Position numbers and translations under genes: made by a program. DNA of 63,839 bases, filler included, from Octopus bimaculoides (taxonomy: Eukaryota): NCBI RefSeq assembly GCF_001194135.2. It is 5 parts of 5 records of this genome, joined end to end, with 100 filler letters (N's around TTAATTAATTAA, not from the genome) between each part and the next. Parts side by side here need not be neighbours in the genome. Positions count along the whole stretch, not along the records: positions 1 to 28,827 come from NC_068985.1; 4 more parts are not named here. One strand, 5' to 3'. Below the pieces are notes generated by a model, which worked only from the letters and a program-made list of their open reading frames with translations, ran no database searches and was not told the DNA's origin. Each line of letters starts with the position of its first letter. Position 1 is the stretch's first letter. Positions 1-12,689 of this stretch are shown here, piece by piece.

Positions 1-832
1 ATATATATATAAATATATAAATAATATATGTATATATAATATATATATATATGTGCATATAAACATACATATATGTACCTACCTACAAATGTATGTATAT
101 ACGTATGCATATATGGGTACAGGACGGCAAAACAATATGAACAAGATGAAAAACGAGAACATGAAAAAACAAAAACATGGAAAACGAACTTTTGTTTTTG
201 AACAACGAAAGATACAGATAGAGAAATGAGACAGGTAACATAAGGAACAATTGCTTCATCTGTTGTCCCCTGTTATATATATATATATACAAACAAGGAG
301 ATAGTTGATGAAAAACATCGAAAGCGGTTTTTTCATCAACCTCCTTCTCGTCTTTTCTCGTTATATCTCATGTACCAGTGTCTTCTTTTTCAAATAGAGC
401 AAACAGTGTGCCCAGACTCTAAAGATTTTTGGGAAACACAATATATGTTATAAAAATCTGCCTAACTATGTGTCTCCTTGGTAAGAAACTATTAATAGAT
501 CTTATTTTAAATATGGTGTACATTAATGATAACAATTTATCACTGGATCGAATATCTTTTTTTATTGATCCTACCATAATGGAATAATAAAAAAAGCATT
601 TTAGAATATTTAGAAATTATATAGGGGCTAATATAATCTGAATTACATTATTTTAATCTAGAAAAAAAAATTGTCATTAATTTATTACTAAAAAAATCAT
701 TGATATCCGTGTTTCCAAAGTCTTTAATCGTAAGTCTTGCTCAAGGGCAGATAATTGTACACTTTTATAAGAAATGGAATAAGTTAGTGAGCTACAAGCT
801 GATTAAGTTGGATTACAAACTATTGCCATATT

Positions 833-1350
<518 letters not shown>

Positions 1351-2085
1351 TATTGGTGAAAGTCAATGAATAATTATATCTTCAAAACTTCGACAGCCAC
1401 CAAGACCCCCAATTTTAATATACTACCATAACTTTACAACCTGCACGAGAGAATTAACTGTCTGATGTAATCTAAATTGTATGAATGGTCAAAACATCAA
1501 AATGATTCAAGATTAATACAAACAGAAAAAAAAAAGAGTGAAATAAAGAAAGTTTTGTATAACATCGTAGGTTTTACATATATTTTGATGTTATTCTTGT
1601 ATATATTTGGTAAGTACATTCTTGTTACCATTTCTGCATTAATTTTTATTATACTACTAGCGATTAAATTATGGTTAGGTACTAGTTATATGACAGCGTA
1701 AATGGCATGTCATGATTTTGTAAAATAACTATTTCAACAAGGAATTTAGAAGTTATATTTCAGATATACGTCTCTTTTATCTTTTTTTGCTCCACCCTCA
1801 TTCATATTTTTAAACGCCTCGACTACATCCTGACAACTGTAAAGAAAAAAATAATACCGAATGAAACTAAAGGGAAATATAACTCTCGTTGCTATATTCT
1901 CGTCGCTATTCTTCTGCATCGAGAATCCGCCATTACTTCTGATTCATCCATAGTTCATTCCAACTAATAATAGGGTATTAGTATTATTGTCTGATAAATT
2001 TATTTTTTCTATTTTCATTAGATTCAAGTATTTCTTTCCTTCCAAAACCGTTCTTTAAAATATAAGACATGTGTATATATAAACA

Positions 2086-2127
<42 letters not shown>

Positions 2128-2958
2128 NNNNNNNNNNNNNNNNNNNNNNNNNNNNNNNNNNNNNNNNNNNNNNNNNNNNNNNNNNNNNNNNNNNNNNNNN
2201 NNNNNNNNNNNNNNNNNNNNNNNNNNNNNNNNNNNNNNNNNNNNNNNNNNNNNNNNNNNNNNNNNNNNNNNNNNNNNNNNNNNNNNNNNNNNNNNNNNNN
2301 NNNNNNNNNNNNNNNNNNNNNNNNNNNNNNNNNNNNNNNNNNNNNNNNNNNNNNNNNNNNNNNNNNNNNNNNNNNNNNNNNNNNNNNNNNNNNNNNNNNN
2401 NNNNNNNNNNNNNNNNNNNNNNNNNNNNNNNNNNNNNNNNNNNNNNNNNNNNNNNNNNNNNNNNNNNNNNNNNNNNNNNNNNNNNNNNNNNNNNNNNNNN
2501 NNNNNNNNNNNNNNNNNNNNNNNNNNNNNNNNNNNNNNNNNNNNNNNNNNNNNNNNNNNNNNNNNNNNNNNNNNNNNNNNNNNNNNNNNNNNNNNNNNNN
2601 NNNNNNNNNNNNNNNNNNNNNNNNNNNNNNNNNNNNNNNNNNNNNNNNNNNNNNNNNNNNNNNNNNNNNNNNNNNNNNNNNNNNNNNNNNNNNNNNNNNN
2701 NNNCTTTTAGTATACACTGACTGATTTTCAGATTCTAAAACTTATATCTGTTTATATTTATATATTTACATTAATTTCTGTTTTTCGCCTGTAATAAGTG
2801 ATTTTCAGTTGCTCGATAGTGTAAAAAAAATTAGGGAAAATATACATTAACTGTTTCATATTAGTTTCAGCTACATTATCTGTTTATCACGCTTATTTAT
2901 TTTCTTGATAGTATAATTCATGCTGTCTGTTGTTGTTGATGTTTTTGTTGTTCATCTT

Positions 2959-2994
2959 ACTGCTGCTGCTGCCACAACAACAACAACAACAACA

Positions 2995-3045
<51 letters not shown>

Positions 3046-3072
3046 GCTACTACTACTACTATTACTACTGCT
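2959..3072. repeat. Compound trinucleotide microsatellite (CTG)/(ACA)/(CTA)n
   Basis: Direct inspection. Confidence 0.9.
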
Positions 3073-4839
3073 TCCATTACTGCTAACATAGATTTATCCA
3101 CACGTGTTTACTCGCTTCCGAGAAGATATGCTGAAGTTTGTTGAAAATAATTTGTTTATTCGCATTCCACCTTTTTTGTGGAAACCTAACTATGCCCCCC
3201 CCCCACACACACACAACCCACCTAATTTATTATGTAGATGGAAGATTGTTAAGCCGTTCCCCGAAGGGAAGAAATGCTCCAGTGTTTATTTGCTTTCGAC
3301 TGCCTTGTTTTAGCCTTCCCGTGTTAAATCATAGTGTCTTTAACTGTCACAAACTATTTCAATGAAGGAGAGCTCCAGACCGTTGTCCAAGAATATCAAT
3401 AACAACAACGAAAAGAACGATGATGACAGCAACAACAACAACAACAACAACAACACCATTGCTACAGATTAAATTGCAGGTCAAACTGCAACTGCTGTGG
3501 CGCCAAACGAGTATAGCTGTTTTAAAAATATCAGCAGCAACAGCAGGAGCAACAGTAAGTGCAAAATCAACAGCAGCAGTATCAACAACAACAATAGAAA
3601 CTGTAACAACGATAGCAGCTACGATGACAAAGGGAACAACATTAGCAATAACAGCAAGGACAACATAACAATAAGAAAATAAACATAAATAACGTAGACG
3701 ACAATCAAAATTGTGGGAGTAACTTCACGTATTGACAATCTCTTCTTGGGATGGCTTTCGATAAGCTATAAGGAACGAAGTGTCACAGAAGCAAAAAAAG
3801 AAATTGTTAATTGGGAGGAAGTTACGGATTACCAACACAGCTTAGATGCTGTCAGCAAATGTCTGCAAGATGACTGCGTATCGCTGTGTTTCAGCTAAAA
3901 CCCGGACCATAGAAGTGGCGATGCAAGCCCAAGTAAAAAAAAACTTGAAAGAAATATAAGTGAAACGTGTTGAGAGTAAAACAGTTGGCTGTCGTGAAGC
4001 ACTCGCATTAAAGCACATCAGATCTTCCACATGTGACATAGATATCATCCTCTATCCCTATTATTTTGTTCCCTCAATAGAATCACCCACACTGCAGCCG
4101 GCAACACAGTCCCAAAAACAACTCCAGTATACAGCGGTAGTAAGAGCAGTAACAGTAGCAACAATAGTAGCAGCGAAATCAATGGCCTCAAAATCGGTAG
4201 CAGCAAGGGGAACGAACTCAACAGCAGTACAAACGACAACAGCGAGACCAGCAACAAGTACCACACAGAAGAGAGCCGCCAACTAGAAAAAAAAACAATC
4301 GAAATGCCTCTGTATTATTACCCCTCATTAATACCCTCTTTTAAACACACGCACACATAGGAACACTCGGAAACACCTCCTTATGTACCCCATCCGTGTC
4401 AGATTCTAGCTACGAGCACATACCATCTCGTGAGAAAGAGGTAAAGCCAGGTAACAAAAACAGACAAAATGACACCACATAAACACAATAGCCGCACCGA
4501 AACCACAGACACACCAAAGGCAGATAACACAGCACCACAGTCACCGCCACCATCACCTTCAACAACAATAATAACAGCAGCAACAACAATAAAGAGAAAA
4601 CACACACAGGAAAAGCACCAGCAACAACGAAGCACATCCACCCCAAACCTTGTGCTAATAAGGTGTAGAGACAAGAAACTACTATTCTTCATTACAGAGA
4701 AGGGATAAAACGAAATAGAAGGACATGCATTCACTTCAGCACTTCTATTTGACGCATAATTTTAAAATAATAAGACTAGTCTTGGGGAATGACAAAGTAT
4801 TGAGTGTGAATGTAACTTCAGCAGTAAGCACCTGAAGGA

Positions 4840-5490
4840 TTCCTAAAGAAAATCATTTGTCCAATAGAGCCAGACAACCGGTTTCCGGGACAAGCTATGG
4901 GGTGAGTAACCTGTTTATTTTCCCCATATTTACCTTTGGGAAGACATGGTGAACCTAATATTGGGTAGCATAAGTGCAACTGATATCGAATCACTCTGGA
5001 AGGAGAGTCAGCTGGTGAGTGGTCTCAGGTCATAGACTTGTATGCGATAGACGTCAGTGATGCCGGGGTTTCCGACACACGCGCCTTAGCACACACTTTT
5101 AGTGATTGTAAGATCTTATCTTACTTGATCCAGAATTGGTAGCGGAGTGGTAGTGCTGTAATGGAAAGGCCTAAGCCTGGAAATAAGACTAATCTTCCTG
5201 GACTTGGTGAGTAATATGGTGGGCGTAGCAATTGTGGTGAGCAGTAGCAATTGTGGTGCTTTAGCATTATTTTCTGTTCTGGTGGGCTTTGGAGATTTTC
5301 CTAGCGATGCTCTGTGGAACGTCAGCTTAAATGCACATTTGGACTCTGTGTGTACCTGATAGGAATTAATAGATATCCGACATTATTACGGAGACGTTGT
5401 CCACATAAACCGACATGATTCTTCCGTATCCTAATTCACAAAGCTGTCCCTCGAAAAAAATTGAAAACAGTTTCTTCTTTTGTTCGTGTT
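4840..5490 (-). mobile_element. Highly decayed Penelope-like element remnant (RT C-terminus, linker, GIY-YIG region)
   Basis: Fragmentary minus-strand translations (FFEGQLCELGYGRI; RKISKAHQN; GITDVYRIQV) resemble the same regions of the PLE at 29.3-31.2 kb; many frameshifts. Confidence 0.4.
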
Positions 5491-5509
5491 TTGTGGCTAT
5501 TTGTATTAG

Positions 5510-6165
5510 TTTTGAGCTCGGTTTTAAGTATTAATGTAACTCGTCTGTAGTATTATTTTCTTATCTTCTCTTTCATTTGTCTGTGTATCGTATCTTGTTC
5601 ATTGATTCCTAAGTATTTGTATGCCTGGCTTTGGTCTAATTCTCTTATTTCATTTGCTGTACCCTCTGTGATGTTGCTACTCTTAACTAGTTTTCCTCTT
5701 TTCAGGGTTGCTTTGGCAGATTCTTCAGTGAATTTAGGAATTGGGATAGTTTTCCCTTCCATAAGCTATTCCGGCATTGTCTCTGGCTCTGTTTGTATTT
5801 CATTAAATTTCTCAACCGGCATTTTATGTGTTCCATATAGGTATTTTAACCAGAATTTGGGGATCTTGTCGTGCGTGGATGCCTTCTAGTTGCTTAGATT
5901 TTGCAGTGCCTGGGTGACCTCTTAGGTTGCTATTGGGTCCAGCGTTGGCGAGGTGCTGCGTTCGGTGTTTTGATAGATCTTTGCTGAGGTTGTTCCCTCG
6001 CCGACCATATTTCTTTCCAGAAATCTGCAACTTCTGATGTTGTTGCTGCATTGATCTCTATTTTATTTTAGTCAAGTTCTTGGTAGAATCTTTTGGAGTT
6101 GGAGTTGGACTGTTTGTTATTATAAACAATATTCATACGCTTAGTTCGTTCTCTTTGTTCTAACC
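5510..6165 (-). mobile_element. R4/Dong-type non-LTR retrotransposon fragment with internal deletion of the RT core
   Basis: Translation MEGKTIPIPK joined to AKATLKRGKLVKSSNI...AYKYLGINEQDTIHRQMKEKIRK, typical of R4-clade RT. Confidence 0.85.
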
Positions 6166-7184
6166 TGCGGTATGTGTCACACTTACTTCAGAGGAAGAGG
6201 AAAAAGGATGAAGGTAGAGGTATAAGGAACAACAGAAATAAAAAGTGTTAAGCAGGGGAGGAGTATGTGAAGTAAATGGCATAGAAGTTATTGCGTCGCA
6301 TAAAATGCTAAGCTTAATTTTTCCGGCGGTCTCTTTTGAGTTGAAATCCTTTTCCTTTCAACTTCACCTTTTTTTTCTTTTAGGTTCGATAAAATAAGTT
6401 ACCAATCAAGCACTGCGTCTTTGTGATCGACAAACCCCTACCCCTAAAACTTTGATTAAATTTGGAACAAATATTTTTAGAATTAAAAAAGACTGATACC
6501 ATGTGTAAAGAAATTACTTACAAATTAATGTTTCTTTTGTTATTATTTTCTTCTATAATGCAAGGTAATGGCTGTTTTACTTGCTCACTCTAGAGATATT
6601 ATAAAGAAAGAAGTCAGTGTTTTTGTTTCACAAACCAACTCATTCAGATATAATATTGAATTTGTTTTATGTCAGAACCTGACATACACAAGATTCAATC
6701 AATTAGAAACAGACACAAAGAAAAATTAAAAATTCAGTTTATGTGGAACAAAGGAGGATATCAAGAATGAATATAGAAGTTATTTGCAAATAATGTTTTG
6801 TACGTAATATATCCAATTAGCTATTTATAATTCAATGCTATCTAGCATTTAAGTTCTACATTCCTTTGCAAAACCAAAAAGATTGCAGAAATTTTACTGT
6901 ATTTGTGTAGCTCTCTATTCCTTTTAGGTTTAACTTCTAAAAACATAATCACAATGTATATTTGAGACATTCTCACGTCTTATACATGTTTGTAGCTCCG
7001 TGAATTGTATCAGTTGAGTGAGCTTTTGGATTGCATTCAAAATCTTTTTCCGTTGCAGAAATCTATATTCAGTGGAAGGATCCAATAGAAAACTCCCATC
7101 GTGTCTACGTGATGAACACACATGTACCTAAAAAAACTTCTCCGCCTGGCTCCCTATTAGAATTAGGTGTAACAGTACAGCCTT

Positions 7185-7280
7185 TAGTTCTTTCGGGGTC
7201 GATAAATAAATACCAGTTGCGTACTGCGGTCGATCTAATCGACCGGCCCCCTCTCCAAGCATTGTGCCTAGAGTAGAAAA
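7185..7280 (+). mobile_element. SINE family B body/tail fragment
   Basis: TTTCGGGGTCGATAAATAAATACCAGTT...GGTCGATCTAATCGAC matches the copies at 15023 and 63655. Confidence 0.7.
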
Positions 7281-8050
7281 GAATATCAAATTAAGCTGCC
7301 TCATACACCTTCACATGATCCTGGTTTCGGTTCCCGGACCGGCTGGTGCTTGTGTCCGTGATGGGAAAACATTATCTGTCGTTACTCGGTGATCACTTCG
7401 ACATCTGCCTCTTGGTAGATAGTGCACTTGTACGGGCGATTTCTATTGAGTTTGATGAAGAGAGGAGATAATGTGCAGCACAAGTATTTGATCCACATAA
7501 AGAAATATTCTGTGCAGGTTGTCCAGTGAAATTTATGGAAGACTCATCGGTCATCTATGATAGAAGAATCTATTCTTATATATCATTGTCATTTACTTTT
7601 TTCTGTCATTACACTGCGTCATGTTGGAGCACCGATCTGAGGTGATCATTCTAACCAATCGGCGTCAATATTTCTTTCTTTAAGACTTTGCTCTTGCGCA
7701 AGACACTTTATTTCGCGTTGCTCCAGTTCACTCAGCTGTAGATATGAGTTGCACGGACTGTGCCTCGTAAGGGAACTTGGTAGATTCAATCCGGTGGTAA
7801 TTTATCGCCGAAAGAGGTCTTTAAATCTGTTAATTATTCTATAGATGTCTTTGTTGACGTGCTAATTTACCGGAACCTAAGCAAACCAACTCCGTTTGCC
7901 AATTAGTGTGTCGGAACAACCACAGCAAAAACAAAAACACATACACACAGTAGCACAGACACACAGACACACGCATCCACAGCAATGCCCACACGTACAC
8001 ACACATACACACACACACACACCCACCCACACACATACAAACACACACCC

Positions 8051-8090
<40 letters not shown>

Positions 8091-8093
<3 letters not shown>

Positions 8094-8225
8094 ATGGCTT
8101 CTTTCAATTTCAGTCTACCATATCCACTCACATGGCTTTAGTCGGCCCGTTGCTATAGTAGAAGATATAAAGTGCCACACAATGGGACGAGAATCACAAA
8201 CACGTTCTTAGGAAGCAAGCTTCTT
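8091..8225 (-). mobile_element. SINE family A 5' portion
   Basis: GGCTTCTTTCAATTTCAGTCTACCATATCCACTCAC...GCTATAGTAGAAG is homologous to 1190-1330. Confidence 0.8.
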
Positions 8226-8816
8226 GTAACAGTCTCAGATTCATATAATTATGAATACTGAAGTTTAGTTGGTTTTTCTCATCATCTACGAATAAACGAC
8301 TTGCTTGATTCAAAATCAAGTTTCATATATTAAAATTAAATAATCTAAATGAGCCAATCACGTGTATTCAACTAACAACATAATTAATTAACAAAGTTTT
8401 AACAATAAAGGCATCTATTAATACTAGTGAGAAAGTAATATCGTTTTTACATCCATTGTAAACTGAACTGCTACAGATGATTAACTCACACTTATACCTG
8501 TGTAGTAATTAATGATTTAAAAAGATTATGTTTGCTAGAGAAAAGACAATTCTGTGAAATTAACATGAAAACACATTCATTAATCTAAAACCATCAAAAA
8601 GAGTCATAAATATAAGATATAAAAAAGATATCAGATTAACACATAAAAAGTAATAAATGTTTAACTTGTAATCAATAGAAAAATTATATTGAATTATAAA
8701 AATGAAATGAAAGGCTATATCAAATAAACATGCTGATGGATTGGCAATAGAACTTAACAAATAATAAATTTAAAGTAAACCAATTTCTTAATGCCTTCGT
8801 AGAAGTAAATAAGCCG

Positions 8817-8817
<1 letters not shown>

Positions 8818-8902
<85 letters not shown>

Positions 8903-8984
8903 CATTATTACTCTTCTTCTTCTTCTTCTTCTTCTTCTTCTTCTTCTTCTTCTTCTTCTTCTTCTTCTTCTTCTTCTTCTTCTT

Positions 8985-9046
<62 letters not shown>

Positions 9047-9050
9047 CATT
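8818..9050. repeat. Compound (TTA)n(CTT)n(TTA)n microsatellite; (TAA)n tail or target of the adjacent R4/Dong 3' end
   Basis: Direct inspection. Confidence 0.95.
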
Positions 9051-9054
9051 ATTA

Positions 9055-9900
9055 ATTTTCTTTATCACATGCTTTCACTGTACTAACGAACGAAGATCTA
9101 TGTGCCTTGGAGATGTGAGGTGGTTTCCTAAAGCGCTCTCATTTTCATTGTATTAAAAGTACTTTACTTAGAGTGTGTGCGGTGCCTAATAGTCCTATTT
9201 TCTGGATGTTATATATATTCGTAAGTCCTGGTGTTTTAGTTATGTATTTTTCTGAATGTTTTTTTAATCATACCTAATGTGCCTATTATTATAGACCAAA
9301 AGATAGCGCATCAGGGCATAATTATTATGGACATCACACAGTATGCAATATCGTAAGGTTGTTGACTGAAGATATTCTGTCTACCGCACATTTGTACTAT
9401 TAGTCAAGTCACTACAATGACCTCAGACACACAGTACTTTACGCAATATGCAAGCAATTCCAAGTAATATCGACTTTTGCAATATACCTAGAATATGTAG
9501 CGCATTTCTAAAGTTTTCAGATGCTTTCTCAGATTGGATGGTATTGAAACCAATGCTCCGATGACAACGGGGATAACCTTTATGTTTGACCCTCGTAGTT
9601 GTTACAACTTAGCGATCTCAATTCTCAGGTCTCCATATTTATCAATCTTTTTTTCTCTTTCTTTGATGATACGTTGATCTCTTGGCATTGCTACGCCAAT
9701 TATTAGGCATACTTGTTTGTCCCTCCTAAAGATTATTATATCCAGCCTTCCATGCTTGTTTGTGTGGAAAACAAAGTCCCACGGATTTTTTTTCCTTTCC
9801 CTTTTCATCCATTATCTTTTCCGGTGTGACTCGTAACCTGATATCCATACTTACAACATAGTAGCCAGTGGAACTTTTGGCCTACTTTGTCGTGTCCACG
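9055..9900 (-). mobile_element. R4/Dong 3' fragment (RLE domain + 3' UTR)
   Basis: WDFVFHTNKHGRLDIIIFRRDKQVCLIIGVAMPRDQRIIKEREKKIDKYGDLRIEIAKL (decayed PD-(D/E)xK RLE). It ends in (TAA)n. Part of 9330-9600 may be unrelated sequence. Confidence 0.8.
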
Positions 9901-10489
9901 GTTGTACTATTTCTGTGCAAGACTTTCACAAGCACTAACAATGTGAGTTAAGCTTTCAACCCTCTTCCCACACATTCTTCAGGGGTCCGTTGCACTCGAG
10001 TAGTATATATTCTTTTTTACTGATCCTGGAAATCCTCTTCCTCCACCTCCTCCTCCACCTCCTCCTCNNNNNNNNNNNNNNNNNNNNNNNNNNNNNNNNN
10101 NNNNNNNNNNNNNNNNNNNNNNNNNNNNNNNNNNNNNNNNNNNNNNNNNNNNNNNNNNNNNNNNNNNNNNNNNNNNNNNNNNNNNNNNNNNNNNNNNNNN
10201 NNNNNNNNNNNNNNNNNNNCATCGTTATTAATGTGGTGAGCTGGTAGACTCATTAGCAAGTCGGACAAAATGCATAACGATACTTAACGAAGTCGACTTT
10301 TGGTCTTTCAGGGTAGATAAAATAGGTATTACTTGAATACTTGCGTCGATGTGATCGACTGACCCACTTCATAAATTTTAGGTCTTTTGTCTATCATAGA
10401 AAGAATAGCTATTGTTTTAATTATGCGATCTCACTTAAGTTTAGTCTTATTAGTAGAATTTATTTGGGTATCAGGTTGCTATCTGTACC

Positions 10490-11030
10490 CATAAATATCC
10501 ACAACCTTTCAATAATCTTACAAGAGCTCAAAACGCTTCTGATAATCTTTCATGTTCCTACGATTCAAATTTTCTGTAGAAGCTCAACAAAATATCCCGT
10601 TTCGTTCCAATTTCCTTCAATGATTTGTCTCTATCATTATTCATAGTACCTAATGCACCAAATATTACAGTCACAACTTGCAGTTTCCATACTCCAAATT
10701 CTCGTGAATTTAAAAGTTTTCATCTTTCTTCTTTACAATCCTGTTATCAAACGGACAGGATGGATCAATCAATAAGCAATTTCGCTTTTCCTAATCGACT
10801 ATCCTTATATCTAGTTTATTATTTTCTATCTTCTTAACCGTTTGATATGGAAAATCCCATACAATCTTGCATTTCTCCGGCTCAAGTACATTTTGAACTC
10901 TATGATTATACCAAGTACATTCAGCTTCAAAAACTCCATTTCCGACAAATCTTCCTGTGCAAAACTTTCACAACTTAGTCATGCTCCGATTTGTTATATT
11001 CTCTTTGGGCCATCTCAGTATATTTTGTAA
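10490..11030 (-). mobile_element. R4/Dong 3' fragment (post-CCHC region and RLE C-terminus), decayed
   Basis: Partial translations VVKVLHRKICRKW and WKLQVVTVIFGALGT. Confidence 0.65.
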
Positions 11031-11034
11031 CTAG

Positions 11035-12560
11035 TGTGCCATTGTTTTATTTCAAATTCCAAAGACGTTATATTTTGCTGACAACTTCTCCCCATGCACA
11101 TATTTTATCAAGTTGTTTGTTTTAACGCCTGACTTCGAGTTGCTGTCATAAGGCATTTCTTTATTAACTTGCAATTTGGTCAACCAAGCACTGACTTGAC
11201 AGATATACTTTTATCAGTGACAGCACTTACATCTATTTTATCTGGTCGATGAGCCTGGATCGGTCTGTCAGTGTTAACTGGAAAATCCCAGAGGATAGTA
11301 AAATTTATACCTTCAACGACTGGCTCACGATGATGTTCGTACCAGTAAGCAGGAGTGCTGATGTTGTACTGTTTGCATATTTTCCGATGTAAATACTGTT
11401 CTACCCTATCATGGCGATTTTATATTCGTTTGGTGTCAGCATATGACATCCCCGAGACAAGATGGTCTATTGTTTCGTCAAATGTGTCACACAATCTGCA
11501 TTTAGGATCAGAACCGTTTTAAAGAACGTTAACCTGGTATGTTTTGTGAGCGAGCTTTGGCCTTGTGCCACCAATATGAAGCCGTCAGATTCTGCTTTCA
11601 GTCCTTAACTTCTCAGCTACTGATGTGCTGTTGCTTGATCTACATCAGCATTTCTACTTTGAAGTACATACTGTCCATGTAGAGACTTATGGATCCTTCG
11701 CTCTTGAATTTGTTTCTACCCGTTCTTTCTTGCAGTTTGCTAGACCCATTTTCCATGTTTTGTGGCAGTGGTTTCAGTTTCTTGAACTATTTCAGGATTA
11801 ATGCTAAGTTCCCTCGCGAATTTGCGAGCATCATTGACATTAGGTAATGATTTTTTCTTGCTTTCGTGTTTGTACACAAGTCGCAGCGTCCAATTCACTG
11901 TACTGAATAAATACTTGTTCATTGCTATTGTGGATGTCTTATAGCACAGTTCTACCTGTATCATTCCTTTTTGCCCCTTTACTAGAAGTAAGGTAGATAC
12001 AGACGATCAAGTTCTGTTTTGGGTGGTGCATTTTCTTAGAACTTTTTTCTAGTTTTCCCGTCCAGGCGTTGGAGCTATATAAGATTCCAGTTAATGATGT
12101 TAAAACCATATTGGACTAGTGGAAGTGCCAAGATGCCAATGGCTTCTTTAGGAGTTTTAGAGTTGTGTTCAGTTTTTAGTATGAGACTTATTCTCCTGTA
12201 GTATTCTTTTCTTATGTTGCCCTTCATAATACCATGTTTTATACTGTCTCCTTAGTTTATCCCCAGGTATTTATGGCTTCCTTGTGGGTTACGCCCCTTG
12301 ATGGTAGTGTCCGTATCTAATTTAATGGAAGCTGTTTGCTTGAACTTACCCTTTACAGAAGTTTCGTTAGCACAGTTATCAAGGCCAAATTCCATTACGA
12401 TGCCATTGCTGAATTCTTTAACAATTGTCAGTAGCCCTACTAACACTCCGTCATTTCTAGTAAACAGCTTTACAACGTTTATATAAAACAGATATTGGAG
12501 TATCTGCACGCTGTACCTTGAAAAACAACCGCACCCAATTCCACGCCTGTATCTTTCCTG
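11035..12560 (-). mobile_element. R4/Dong fragment: RT C-terminal half, CCHC knuckle and RLE
   Basis: MEFGLDNCA..KGKF..HKYLGIN; MIQVELCYKTSTIA; CRLCDTFDETIDHLVSGC; ILWDFPVNTDRPIQAHRPDKID. Confidence 0.9.
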
Positions 12561-12689
12561 AAAAGTCTTAAAGTCCGTATTAAGGAATCTATCGCTTTGC
12601 TGTTTCGTTACTACAAACTCTTCCTATTTCAAATTTTAAGGGTTTGTATGTTCTTTGTTTTTTCTTCCTTATTTAGGTCCTGGAATCAA

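Noticed and set aside
6930-7130. Minus-strand terminal-exon candidate (similar candidates at 38490-38594 and 47281-47400)
   Set aside because: Short frames, no recognisable homology, and they cannot be linked into a gene model
8720-9068. Poly-K/R/N/I ORFs, and generally the YIYI/THTH/CVCV/X-rich ORFs in the track
   Set aside because: Translations of microsatellites and N gaps
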